Of a stretch of DNA of 64,000 nucleotides, positions 11,101-20,785 are shown piece by piece. Origin of the DNA: Flavobacteriales bacterium (GTDB lineage: Bacteria > Bacteroidota > Bacteroidia > Flavobacteriales_F > PHOS-HE28); contig JAGNUG010000001.1 of assembly GCA_017987115.1 (NCBI GenBank), positions 33,405 to 97,404 on the forward strand, in the 5' to 3' direction. The stretch's first letter is position 1. Every line of letters starts with the position of its first letter. Under the pieces are notes generated by a model. That model was not told the origin of the DNA. It worked only from the letters and a program-made list of their open reading frames with translations, and did no database searches. The position numbers and the translations under genes are program-made.

Positions 11101-11232
11101 GGGTTATTAGAACGCGGATGACGTGGAAGGAGGTGATCTGCGCTGATCTGAATTTGTTCTTCGGAGTCCTTTTTGGGAGACATTACCCACGTTCTTAACT
11201 TAATATATTCGGAGACGATTTAGGAATAGACA

Positions 11233-12960
11233 ATGAAGAGTTTAGCACGTGTTCTACTTGTAATATTGGGGCTTACAATGGCTTTTGGTCTCATAGCGCA
11301 ACCAGCTATTCAATGGCAACGGTGTTTTGGAGGTGCAAGTGATGAAAATGAAGGTATCATTCATGAAACCACCGATGGTGGCTACATTATGGCTGGAAAC
11401 TCATACTCTAATGATGGCGATGTATCAGGAGGACATGGTTTGAGAGATGTCTGGGTAGTGAAGCTCTCTTCACTTGGCAATATTGAATGGCAGAGGTGCT
11501 TGGGTGGTTCAGATGAAGATCTCCTCTTGTCCATTGAAGAAGCTGCTGACAGTGGCTATATATTGACAGTGTGGACCCAATCCAATGATGGAGATGTTAC
11601 GGGCTATCACGGTGGAGGTGATGCCTGGATAGTGAAACTATCCTCTGCTGGTGCGTTACAATGGCAGAAGTGTTTAGGTGGTTCAAGCTATGAACAAAGC
11701 AAACCCCTTGAACAAACAAATGATGGCGGCTATATATTGGCGATGTGGACGCTTTCCAATGATGGGGATGTTTTGGGGTTTCATCAAAATTCACAAGGAT
11801 TACAGGATCAACTGGATATTTGGTTGGTGAAGTTGTCTTCCATGGGCGCCATTGAATGGCAACGCTGTTTAGGTGGCACTGGACCTGATTATGCCAACTC
11901 CATTCTGCAAACCCTTGACGGTGGCTACATATTGGCGGGGAGTACAGCATCTGGTGATGGAGATGTTACATGTTATACTGGTTCACAGGATATTTGGGTG
12001 GTTAAGTTGTCGGTAGCTGGCGCTATCGAATGGCAGAGGTGCCTGGGCGGTTCGCTTTCTGATTGGGCGACTATTAAAAATACGGTCGATGGTGGATATG
12101 TTGTTGCGGGACATACCCTTTCCAATGATGGAGATGTAATGGGATATCATGGCGGACAAGATATTTGGGTGATGAAGTTGTCGGCAATGGGCACAATAGA
12201 TTGGCAAAAGTGCTTGGGAGGAACCGGGGCTGAGTATCCATATACCTATCATCAGACTTTGGATGGAGGTTTTATTATCGCGGGGCATACCGATTCAAAC
12301 GATGGAGATGTATCAGGCTACCATGGTGACGAGGATGCGTGGGTCGTAAAATTGTCTTCCACAGGACAGATCCTATGGCAGAAATGCCTTGGAGGTACAG
12401 GCTATGATGGTCTTGAGGCGTTCCAAACACCTGATGGCGGTTACATTGCATCAGGACAGACAAACTCCAATGATGGGGATGTAACAGACAATCATGGAGG
12501 TACAGATATATGGGTGGTGAAACTATCGACCACGGGAGTAATCCAATGGCAGAAATGCTTTGGTGGTCTGGAAAATGAATCAGGAGGTATAATTCAGTCT
12601 ACAGACGGCAGTTATATTGCCATGGGTTATACCGATTCAAACGATGGTGATGTGTCTGGGAATCATGGAGGGAAGGATCTATGGGTAGTTAGGCTAGGTT
12701 CAGACGTGGGTATTACAGATAATGCGCAAGCCATGTTTACGCTTTCCCCGAACCCAGCGAACCATCTGGTAGCACTTAAGCTGCCCAATGCCCACAAGGG
12801 CATTATCGAAATGGTGAATACCCAAGGAGCGCTAGTATTACGAGGCCAAACTGTAGGTGAAATCACTGAGTTGAATATTAGCGAAATGATATCTGGTCTT
12901 TACATGATCACTGTTCGGACGTTGCAGGGACATAGCAGCCAGCGCTTTTTGGTAGAGTAA
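11233..12960 (+). CDS. Secreted beta-propeller repeat protein (11 x ~47-aa repeats) with T9SS type A CTD
   Basis: It has a signal peptide. The repeat unit is DGGYIxAGxTxSNDGDVxGxHGGxDxWVVKLSxxGxIxWQ[RK]CLGGS. The C-terminus carries the LSPNPAN...GLYMITVRT CTD. It is a paralog of the genes at 18919 and 20786. Confidence 0.75.
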   Translation: MKSLARVLLVILGLTMAFGLIAQPAIQWQRCFGGASDENEGIIHETTDGGYIMAGNSYSNDGDVSGGHGLRDVWVVKLSSLGNIEWQRCLGGSDEDLLLSIEEAADSGYILTVWTQSNDGDVTGYHGGGDAWIVKLSSAGALQWQKCLGGSSYEQSKPLEQTNDGGYILAMWTLSNDGDVLGFHQNSQGLQDQLDIWLVKLSSMGAIEWQRCLGGTGPDYANSILQTLDGGYILAGSTASGDGDVTCYTGSQDIWVVKLSVAGAIEWQRCLGGSLSDWATIKNTVDGGYVVAGHTLSNDGDVMGYHGGQDIWVMKLSAMGTIDWQKCLGGTGAEYPYTYHQTLDGGFIIAGHTDSNDGDVSGYHGDEDAWVVKLSSTGQILWQKCLGGTGYDGLEAFQTPDGGYIASGQTNSNDGDVTDNHGGTDIWVVKLSTTGVIQWQKCFGGLENESGGIIQSTDGSYIAMGYTDSNDGDVSGNHGGKDLWVVRLGSDVGITDNAQAMFTLSPNPANHLVALKLPNAHKGIIEMVNTQGALVLRGQTVGEITELNISEMISGLYMITVRTLQGHSSQRFLVE

Positions 12961-13000
12961 GCCCCTTGAAGTTTGCACGGTTAAAGCTGACCGTTTGCAT

Positions 13001-14032
13001 TTATCTATACCCAACCTTTACGAACTTCCCCTTCTCCAATCCCAACCATTGCAGCGCTGCACCGCTCAAGAGTTGTTCTTTGGTGGCATTGTCCCACGGC
13101 ATGCTTTTGATCAAGGTTCCGGGCTCCAATTCGCCGAGCGGGAATGGGTAATCGGTACCTAAGGCCACGCGTTCCGGGCCGAAGAGTTCCATGACGTATT
13201 GTAAGACCTTGGGGTCGTGTACGAGCGAGTCGATCCAGAACTTGCCGAGGTAGTCGCGTGGGTTCACGTTGTTGTCCACAGCGCAGAGATCCGGGCGTAC
13301 GTTGAAGCCGTGTTCGATGCGGCCGATCGTTGCTGGGAATGATCCGCCGCCGTGCGCAAAGGCTACACGCAATTTGGGTAAGCGTTCCAACACACCACCG
13401 AAGATCATGGAGGAAATAGCAACGGTTGTTTCAGCAGGCATGGCCACCAACCACGGCAACCAATACTTGTCCAACCGATCAGCACCCATCATATCCCACG
13501 GGTGTATGAACAATGCCATGTCCAATTCCTCGCACGCTTGAAAGATGGGAAAGAGGCGCGGCTCATTCAGGTTCACGCCGTGAATGTGCGTACCGATCTG
13601 AACACCCACAAGGCCGATCTTCTTGCAGCGTTCCAATTCTTGGATCGCAAGCTCCGTGTCCTGCATAGGCAATGTTCCGAGTCCGATGAAACGCGTTGGA
13701 TGCTTTTCTACGATGCCCGCAATATGATCGTTCAGGAACATGGAGAGGTCCAAGGTGTCCTTCGCCTTGGCCCAATAGCTGAACATCACCGGCACTGTGC
13801 TTAGCACTTGCACGTGCACATGTTGCTGATCGCATTCGTCCATGCGGGTTTGCGGGTCCCAACAGTTGGCCTGCACTTCGCGGAAGAATTTATCGTCCAT
13901 CATCATGCGCGCACAACCCGGCTTGTGGTGATCCAAGTGGATGAAGCCACGGTAGCCGTACTTCGATCCAAAATCCGGAATGTTCTCCGGTAGGATGTGC
14001 GTGTGGATGTCTATGGAGAAGATCTCGGCCAT
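13001..14032 (-). CDS. 2-amino-3-carboxymuconate-6-semialdehyde decarboxylase (ACMSD, amidohydrolase_2)
   Basis: It shows near-colinear similarity to eukaryotic ACMSD. Recognised segments include IDIHTHILPE, NCWDP, VLSTVPVMFSYWAK, LGTLPMQ, FIHPWDM, YWLPWLVAMPAETT, AFAHGGGSFP, RIEHGFNVRPDLCA and LGTDYPFPLGELEPG. Confidence 0.85.
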   Translation of the reverse strand: MAEIFSIDIHTHILPENIPDFGSKYGYRGFIHLDHHKPGCARMMMDDKFFREVQANCWDPQTRMDECDQQHVHVQVLSTVPVMFSYWAKAKDTLDLSMFLNDHIAGIVEKHPTRFIGLGTLPMQDTELAIQELERCKKIGLVGVQIGTHIHGVNLNEPRLFPIFQACEELDMALFIHPWDMMGADRLDKYWLPWLVAMPAETTVAISSMIFGGVLERLPKLRVAFAHGGGSFPATIGRIEHGFNVRPDLCAVDNNVNPRDYLGKFWIDSLVHDPKVLQYVMELFGPERVALGTDYPFPLGELEPGTLIKSMPWDNATKEQLLSGAALQWLGLEKGKFVKVGYR

Positions 14033-14103
14033 TCAAGCGATCGGAATATCAGACGATCAGAAAAAATACGGGTAAGAGTAAGAAGGTACTTGCACGAAGC
14101 GAT

Positions 14104-14634
14104 CTATATGAAGCGTGGGTCGGTCTCCATTTCGTGACCGCATTTTTTGCATGTACGCAGTTCTTTGCTCGCATAATATTCCCGGAAACGTGGAAGAAAA
14201 TCCTTCTCGATGTTGTGCAACACGAAGTAGGTATCGTGCAGTTTGTTGTTGCATTGCTCGCAGAACCACAGCAGACCGTCTTTCATTTCGCGGTCTTCTC
14301 GTTTGCATTCGATCACCAGACCAACGGAGCCTGCTGGCCTACGTGGTTGATGGGGTACGCGTGCAGGCAATAGGAACATCTCACCTTGTTTGATGGGTAC
14401 CGTCACTGCTTTGCCATCCTCTTGTATGCCCACTTCGATGTCGCCTTCCAATTGGTAGAAGAGCTCTTCCGTTTCGTTCCAATGGTAGTCCTTGCGCGCA
14501 TTGGGACCACCAACAGCCATAACAATGTAATCACCTGCTTCGCTGTACAGGTTCTTGTTGCCAACAGGTGGCTTGAGCAGGTCGCGGTTATCGGTGATCC
14601 ACTGTTGTACGTTGAAGGGTTTACGAATGGGCAT
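14104..14634 (-). CDS. 3-hydroxyanthranilate 3,4-dioxygenase (cupin)
   Basis: It shows strong similarity to the HAAO family across the MPIRKPFNVQQWI..YHWNETEELFYQLEGD..MFLLPARVPHQP segment. A C-terminal rubredoxin-like pair (CEQC..CKKCGH) is present. The ORF is open to 14673, and the Met at 14634 matches the family N-terminus. Confidence 0.85.
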   Translation of the reverse strand: MPIRKPFNVQQWITDNRDLLKPPVGNKNLYSEAGDYIVMAVGGPNARKDYHWNETEELFYQLEGDIEVGIQEDGKAVTVPIKQGEMFLLPARVPHQPRRPAGSVGLVIECKREDREMKDGLLWFCEQCNNKLHDTYFVLHNIEKDFLPRFREYYASKELRTCKKCGHEMETDPRFI

Positions 14635-14720
14635 GGCAGCTTTGGTTGATCGGCCTCTAAGGTAAGCCTTCAAGCTTATGCCGACAGCTCCGTAAAAAAC
14701 CGTTAAAGCGGCCGTTCACC

Positions 14721-15254
14721 CTATTTCCCTGATCGACCTGCTACCAAGAGCAGCGCTCCATTGGTGCGCATAACATCCGCCGTATACGCCGCGTCGTCGG
14801 TAAACCCGCCCAACTTGTGGTCGAATTTCAGAATAGCGAATGGGAAATCCAATGCGTCCGTATTGGCACCATCGAATTTATCGGCCTTGATCAAGTTGAT
14901 CTCCATATCCAACCGGAGTTCCGAAAAAACCTCCAGCGGGAGTTTGGCATGCGTATCGATCATGATCCGTTTGGGCACATAACCCTCCCGCATGAACACG
15001 ACACCATACTCTTGGTCCTTTTTCAAGAGTAGTTCGAATTTGCCCGAGCGTCCTGTGATCTGCGAATGGACACTGTCGTTGCCTTGATAGATGATCACCG
15101 TACAACTATCCAACTTTGCATTTTCCGACCTGACGGACCCATTGGAGAGCATTACAAGTTCACCTTCATTATTCAGCTCCTGAGCGGCGGAAGTAGTTGA
15201 AACGAGGACAAGCATCGCTAGCCCTATGTTTCGAAGTGCAGTGATAAAATTCAT
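14721..15254 (-). CDS. Hypothetical secreted protein
   Basis: The signal peptide is MNFITALRNIGLAMLVLVSTTSAAQ. No family was recognised. The longer ORF to 15335 lacks a signal peptide. Confidence 0.5.
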   Translation of the reverse strand: MNFITALRNIGLAMLVLVSTTSAAQELNNEGELVMLSNGSVRSENAKLDSCTVIIYQGNDSVHSQITGRSGKFELLLKKDQEYGVVFMREGYVPKRIMIDTHAKLPLEVFSELRLDMEINLIKADKFDGANTDALDFPFAILKFDHKLGGFTDDAAYTADVMRTNGALLLVAGRSGK

Positions 15255-15346
15255 TCGCGGTTCTACGCATTTGACGCAAGAAAAGTTCCAGAACAAGAAC
15301 GGGCGAGCATTTCTGCTCGCCCGTTTCCTATTCAATTCTCAACCGA

Positions 15347-17902
15347 TCAGCGTACAACAAAGCGCTGTTCCGCAACTCCTTGCGCCCCGCTCAAGCGAAG
15401 TAGATAAGAACCAGTTGCTAGTGTACCCGCCAAGTTCAACTGTACTTGTTGACCACTGGAAAGTGCACGTACTTCCGAATGGATCATACGACCGGTAAGA
15501 TCCAATACATCGAGAACGACCTTATCGCTTTCACCACCATAGGTTACCGTAATGTCACCATTGCTCGGATTAGGGAATACGCTCCAAGAAACCTCCTGGA
15601 CCGCATTCAAACCTGTACTTAGATCCACGTTGACCGTGTAATCCTCTACTTCGCCATATTGTGCGTTTCCACAAGGAGATGGATTGCCTGTGTAGAGCAT
15701 GCGGATCCGCATACGCGTGCTGCCTAATGATGCATTCAATGGAGCCGTGATGTCACCATTGAACGATACACCACCATCGGCAGATACCAACGCATACGCT
15801 TCGCCTACATCCGTGAAGTCCTCATCCTGGTTCCAGTCCACCCAAACTGCAACTTGGTCTTCCGCATAAACATCAGGACCGTTCAATACCGTCATGGACA
15901 CCGTTGACCCTTGCGTTATCGTGGTGCTTTGCAACGTATAGTCCACGACCGGCCCATCAGAACAACCACTCGTGTTGTTGATCATTCCGAAGGTGACCTG
16001 TGCGATGTACTCATCACATTCGGTCGCTCCTGCTGCGCAATAGCCAGGAAGACAAGCAACTGCAGAAACGTTGATGCTGTAGGGGCCATTTGCATTAGCA
16101 GCATCAAATTGCACAGGAAGGTAGTAGGTTCCCGCTGACAACGCGATGTACTCCATTGTAATATTTTCGGTAGCACATGTGGTGAAATCACTGGATGAAG
16201 CAAGCAAATAGTCATTCCCTGCAGGACAGCTAGGGCTAAGGAAGATCCATGCGTTTCCGAATGCTGGGTCCGTATCGCAGTATGAAATGGTCACATTCGT
16301 ACACTCAGTCGTTGTGAACGCATGCCAAACGGTAGGGTTAAGTCCCTCCAGATCGGACCCTGCTTCAAAGTCGTTGGTATCCGTAGCTCCAACTGTTGTG
16401 CCAGTGAATGTCAACGATCCACCCGCATTCAACGCTTGGGCCGTAACACCGGAACATTCGTCGTTCACGGGAGCTGCAATTGGTCCTACCACATTGACCG
16501 AATAATCCTCTACCTCGCCATACGCCGAAGTACCGCATGGAGATGGAGTGCCCGTGTACATCATTCTGATGCGCATCCGTGTCGACCCCAACGTAGCACC
16601 GATCGGTGCATCGATCGTCCCTGTGAATGTTACACCTGCGTCTGCTGAAGCCAGTAGGAATGCTTCGCCCGCATCCGAGAAATTCTCGTTCTGGTTCCAA
16701 TCCACCCAAACTGCAACCTGGTCTTCCTCATAAACATTCGGCCCGTTCAACACGGTGATCGCCACGGACGACCCCTGAGGAACATCGGTACTCTGTGCCG
16801 TGTAGTCAACTACAGGACCATCCGTACACATCGTTGTATTATCTATATTACCGCAGATCACTTGAGCGATGTATTCATCGCATTCATCCGCACTTGCATC
16901 GCAATAACCAGCAGGACATGCTACAGCGGTTACGGTGATCGAATAAGGACCGGTTGCATTGGCTGCCATCATCACTGGGTAGTAGTACGTTCCCGCAGGT
17001 ACGTACTCGTACTGTATGGTCAGGTTGTTATTACCACATGATGTGGTTTCAAAGCCCGAATTAAGGAATCCCTGTGTTGATGGGCAGTCCAATGAAAGGT
17101 TCACGAATGCATTCTCAAATGCGGGAGTGGTTGCGCAATATTCCAATATCAGGAACGCACAATCGGTGATCGTGAACGCCTCCCATACCTGTGGCGTACC
17201 AAAACCTTCGGTATCCAACGCACCCGTATTGTCTCCAATGAAGGTTACTGAACCACCGATGCTCAGATCCTGAACAACTGCACCAGTACATTGATCATTA
17301 GCTGGTACGTTCGTCGGCGTATAGACACAGGTAGTGAAGTCGAGAATGGTCTGCGCCGTTCCATAATCCCAATTATAGACACGGTAATAATAGGTGGTGC
17401 CGATCATTGTATTGATCGTGAGCATTTCCTCTTCGCCACGCAGCGCAGCATCGATACAGTTGATCGACAGCAGCGATGCGCAAGTTCCTGAATAAGCTTC
17501 AACGATCGGGTCATATCCATCAACATCATCACCTCCGCCGGTTACGGAGATCACCGAAATCGTGCCTGTTGCAACAAACGTGAACCAAACATCATTCGCA
17601 CTAGGCGAAAGAAATGTGCTGCATGTATTCGGCGGAAGTGACTCCGTTGCCCCAATAGCGGATCCTGCAACGGGCACACAAGCAGCGCCTACGGTCATGC
17701 TAATGGCATCAGTACATTCATCGTTTGCACTTCCACCGCGCGAAAGGTCGGCCGGACCGGCTATTCCGTTGGAATGCTTCTTCAATGCGTAATTTGCTTT
17801 CTGCGCAACACTCGTCACTGATGCATTCGTCTGCGCATAGGAATTTGCGGACATAAGTGCAGCAAGCACCATAATGGAAAAGGTCTGGTAGTAATTCTTC
17901 AT
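15347..17902 (-). CDS. Secreted protein with two tandem GEVED-domain modules and T9SS type A CTD
   Basis: The signal peptide is at the Met at 17902 (MKNYYQTFSIMVLAALMSANSYAQ). The ORF is open further to 18316. Two modules of about 330 aa each end in ...CG..YGEVEDYSVNV, which is the GEVED motif. The C-terminus carries FPNPSNG...GSYLLRL. Confidence 0.75.
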   Translation of the reverse strand: MKNYYQTFSIMVLAALMSANSYAQTNASVTSVAQKANYALKKHSNGIAGPADLSRGGSANDECTDAISMTVGAACVPVAGSAIGATESLPPNTCSTFLSPSANDVWFTFVATGTISVISVTGGGDDVDGYDPIVEAYSGTCASLLSINCIDAALRGEEEMLTINTMIGTTYYYRVYNWDYGTAQTILDFTTCVYTPTNVPANDQCTGAVVQDLSIGGSVTFIGDNTGALDTEGFGTPQVWEAFTITDCAFLILEYCATTPAFENAFVNLSLDCPSTQGFLNSGFETTSCGNNNLTIQYEYVPAGTYYYPVMMAANATGPYSITVTAVACPAGYCDASADECDEYIAQVICGNIDNTTMCTDGPVVDYTAQSTDVPQGSSVAITVLNGPNVYEEDQVAVWVDWNQNENFSDAGEAFLLASADAGVTFTGTIDAPIGATLGSTRMRIRMMYTGTPSPCGTSAYGEVEDYSVNVVGPIAAPVNDECSGVTAQALNAGGSLTFTGTTVGATDTNDFEAGSDLEGLNPTVWHAFTTTECTNVTISYCDTDPAFGNAWIFLSPSCPAGNDYLLASSSDFTTCATENITMEYIALSAGTYYLPVQFDAANANGPYSINVSAVACLPGYCAAGATECDEYIAQVTFGMINNTSGCSDGPVVDYTLQSTTITQGSTVSMTVLNGPDVYAEDQVAVWVDWNQDEDFTDVGEAYALVSADGGVSFNGDITAPLNASLGSTRMRIRMLYTGNPSPCGNAQYGEVEDYTVNVDLSTGLNAVQEVSWSVFPNPSNGDITVTYGGESDKVVLDVLDLTGRMIHSEVRALSSGQQVQLNLAGTLATGSYLLRLSGAQGVAEQRFVVR

Positions 17903-18027
17903 ATGTTCAATTCTGGTTTGAGGATCTAATTGATCGGGGCCAAACGTAACAATACAATTGATCGAACAGCGACTGCTTTGCACATCGCTTATCAACATGC
18001 ATTGAAGCATATCTACCTTTACCACCA

Positions 18028-18813
18028 ATGGATACGAACTTGATCGGTAAGCATGCCTTGGTATGCGGGAGCACGCAAGGCATTGGACATGCGGTGGCAA
18101 TGGAATTCGCAAAGCTTGGTGCGCGTGTAACCTTACTAGCCCGTAATGCTGACAAGTTGAAGGCAGCGGTCGCAATGCTTGAAACTTCGAAAGGACAACA
18201 ACATGGCGTTGTGGTCGTGGACATGGCTGATACCGAAGCATTGCAGAAGACTCTTGCCCAGTTGATGAAGAACGGGCCCGTGGATATTCTGGTGAACAAT
18301 ACCGGAGGTCCCCCACCCGGCCTGGCCCACGAAGCCGACACTACAGCATTCGCAGACGCGTTCCGCTTGCATTTGTTGAGCTACCAGACCTTGGTTCGCG
18401 CCGTTGTTCCACAAATGAAGGAACAGAGGTCAGGAAGGATCATCAATGTGATCAGTACAAGTGTGAAACAACCATTACCGAACCTCGGGGTGAGCAATAC
18501 GATCCGTGGTGCTGTTGCCAACTGGGCGAAAACGCTTGCAACGGAATTAGGCCCGTATGGCATTACCGTGAACAATGTTCTTCCGGGTGCTACAGGTACG
18601 GAACGCCTTGCTGCGATCGTGAAGAACAAAGCCGCAAAAGGTGGCACCAGCGAAGATGCTGCTTCCTCTTCCATGAAGAACGAAATACCGTTGAGACGCT
18701 TTGCCGAACCCGAGGAGATCGCATATGCCGTAGCATTTCTTGCCGGGCCCTCCGGTGCGTATGTGAACGGGATCAATCTGCCGGTTGATGGTGGACGCAC
18801 GGCGTGTTTGTGA
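18028..18813 (+). CDS. SDR-family oxidoreductase
   Basis: A Rossmann motif (GSTQGIGHAVA) and an NNTGG motif are present. The length, 261 aa, is typical of SDR enzymes. Confidence 0.75.
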   Translation: MDTNLIGKHALVCGSTQGIGHAVAMEFAKLGARVTLLARNADKLKAAVAMLETSKGQQHGVVVVDMADTEALQKTLAQLMKNGPVDILVNNTGGPPPGLAHEADTTAFADAFRLHLLSYQTLVRAVVPQMKEQRSGRIINVISTSVKQPLPNLGVSNTIRGAVANWAKTLATELGPYGITVNNVLPGATGTERLAAIVKNKAAKGGTSEDAASSSMKNEIPLRRFAEPEEIAYAVAFLAGPSGAYVNGINLPVDGGRTACL

Positions 18814-18918
18814 GACCTGGTGGTTGTTTGTTGAAGCTATGGCCCGAATGAACATTACAATATGACCCGGGTTGATGCAAAATGCACAAAGTGTCTAACA
18901 GCGCTTGCGCCGTGTTCA

Positions 18919-20463
18919 TTACTTCTTAATGAAGGGAATTGAACTACGTTCCGCACCACAATCCACAGTTAGTACATATGATCCAGGTGCCAACTGCTCT
19001 ACGGAAAGATCCATCTCAGAACGAATGATGGTTCCGGAATCTACGCGTTGGCCATTTACATTGCTAACTGTCCAACGGGCTTGGGCACCCAGTGTACAAG
19101 GGGAGGAAAGGTATAGTTGCCCTTCACTGGGATTCGGAAAAAGTGAAAATGATGATCCACTAGCGTTCTCACTAATTCCTACAGGATCGGGACCCAGTTT
19201 GACCAACCAAATATCATTCTCACCATAGTTTGATGGAAGGTTTGCGTCGCTTGATCTTGAAAAGCCCCATATTAAGGATCCGTTCGAGGTTGGCGCGCTA
19301 CATCCAACGAATCCATCACTAAGGCTACCACCCAGGGTCAGTTGCCATAAAATTGTACCATTGGAGTCCGTTCGGAAGACCAAGCCATCGAAGGAACCCG
19401 CATTCCCCACCACATCGCCGTCGGAGGATGATGAGGAACCTATCAACAATAGTCCAGAATCCGATAGCTCCTTGACCATTGAGCCACTATCGTCGTTTGA
19501 ACCACCATAGGTCATTTGGTCGATCAGGGATCCACTACTGGACAATTCTACGACCCAAAGATCATTTTGACCCATAGGTCCATTGACATCACCATCAGTT
19601 GAACTTGTTAAACCGATCGCCATTATATTTCCATTAGACAGTTCAATGATCGATGACCCCTGATCGTATCCACTTCCGCCGCAGGGTCGCTGCCATTCGA
19701 TCGCTCCCGTAGCATTCAACTTCACAACCCAAAAGTCATAATCTCCATGGTGTCCAGTGACATCTCCATCTTGGGAGTCCGTGAAGCCATTCAGAAAATA
19801 ACCACCATCTGAAGCGAGTGTGATCGCATAGGCGGTTTCACCGCCACTCCCACCATAAGAATGTTGCCATTGAATATCGAATACCTCATTCAGCTTTAAG
19901 ACCCAATAATCGGTAAAACCAGCATTAGAGGTTACATCACCATCAGAGGATCGCGCCTCACCAGCAATAACATATCCGCCATCCGGTGTCACTTTCATGT
20001 CGAATGGCACGTCGCTAAGTGAGCCACCATAGCATCGCTGCCAAACAGGTTCACCGCCGCTGTCCAGCCGCGCAAGCCATATGTCTGCTACACCATGGTT
20101 ACCATTCACGTCACCGTCGTCGGAGCGTGTACGACCTAATACCAAGTATCCACCATCAGCCAATTGTAAGATTGAATGTCCGGAATCCGGTAAAGAGCCA
20201 CCAAGACAGCGTTGCCATTGAATATCTCCATCGGCATTCAGCTTTACGACCCAAATGTCACCATTGCCATGGTTCCCGGATACGTCAACATTATTGGAAC
20301 TGGTAGTGCCGCACAGGATATAACCACCGTCGCTAGTTGGTTCTACGGAAGCAACTAGATCATCCAACGTGCCGCCCAAGTTACGCTGCCATTCTATAGT
20401 CGGTTGAGCCATACTGATAAACATCCAGCAATTGACCATTAAGAAGAAAAGAGAACGCCTCAT
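18919..20463 (-). CDS. Secreted beta-propeller repeat protein with T9SS CTD (paralog A)
   Basis: The signal peptide is MRRSLFFLMVNCWMFISMAQP. It carries the same DGGYxL.G.T.S.D.DV.GNHG..DxWVVKL...G.IQWQ repeats as the gene at 11233. The CTD is FPNPSEGQLYL...GSYVLTV. Confidence 0.75.
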   Translation of the reverse strand: MRRSLFFLMVNCWMFISMAQPTIEWQRNLGGTLDDLVASVEPTSDGGYILCGTTSSNNVDVSGNHGNGDIWVVKLNADGDIQWQRCLGGSLPDSGHSILQLADGGYLVLGRTRSDDGDVNGNHGVADIWLARLDSGGEPVWQRCYGGSLSDVPFDMKVTPDGGYVIAGEARSSDGDVTSNAGFTDYWVLKLNEVFDIQWQHSYGGSGGETAYAITLASDGGYFLNGFTDSQDGDVTGHHGDYDFWVVKLNATGAIEWQRPCGGSGYDQGSSIIELSNGNIMAIGLTSSTDGDVNGPMGQNDLWVVELSSSGSLIDQMTYGGSNDDSGSMVKELSDSGLLLIGSSSSSDGDVVGNAGSFDGLVFRTDSNGTILWQLTLGGSLSDGFVGCSAPTSNGSLIWGFSRSSDANLPSNYGENDIWLVKLGPDPVGISENASGSSFSLFPNPSEGQLYLSSPCTLGAQARWTVSNVNGQRVDSGTIIRSEMDLSVEQLAPGSYVLTVDCGAERSSIPFIKK

Positions 20464-20785
20464 GTTTTTGGAGTATGGGATGTTGGCTAAAGTTACCCGG
20501 CAGATTCTTTGCTACCAAGTTACAATGTGCCCCGTTCGCATAACTAAGTCTCATATTCATGCTGAACCATGGCGATGGCATTGCTAGCCGACCACCCTAC
20601 ACAATTGGTTCGATCCGACCCATAACTGGTCAACGTATGATCAACCCAAGCGACCACTTTCATTTTTGTAAATGATGAACCAAATTCCTGGAAAAGCAAC
20701 GAGTCCTCTATAGACAGTAAGCTTCCCTCAAATGAATTTGAAGCGAGGTATCTATCAATAGGAGTTTACTATGCTCCCAGCGGAC

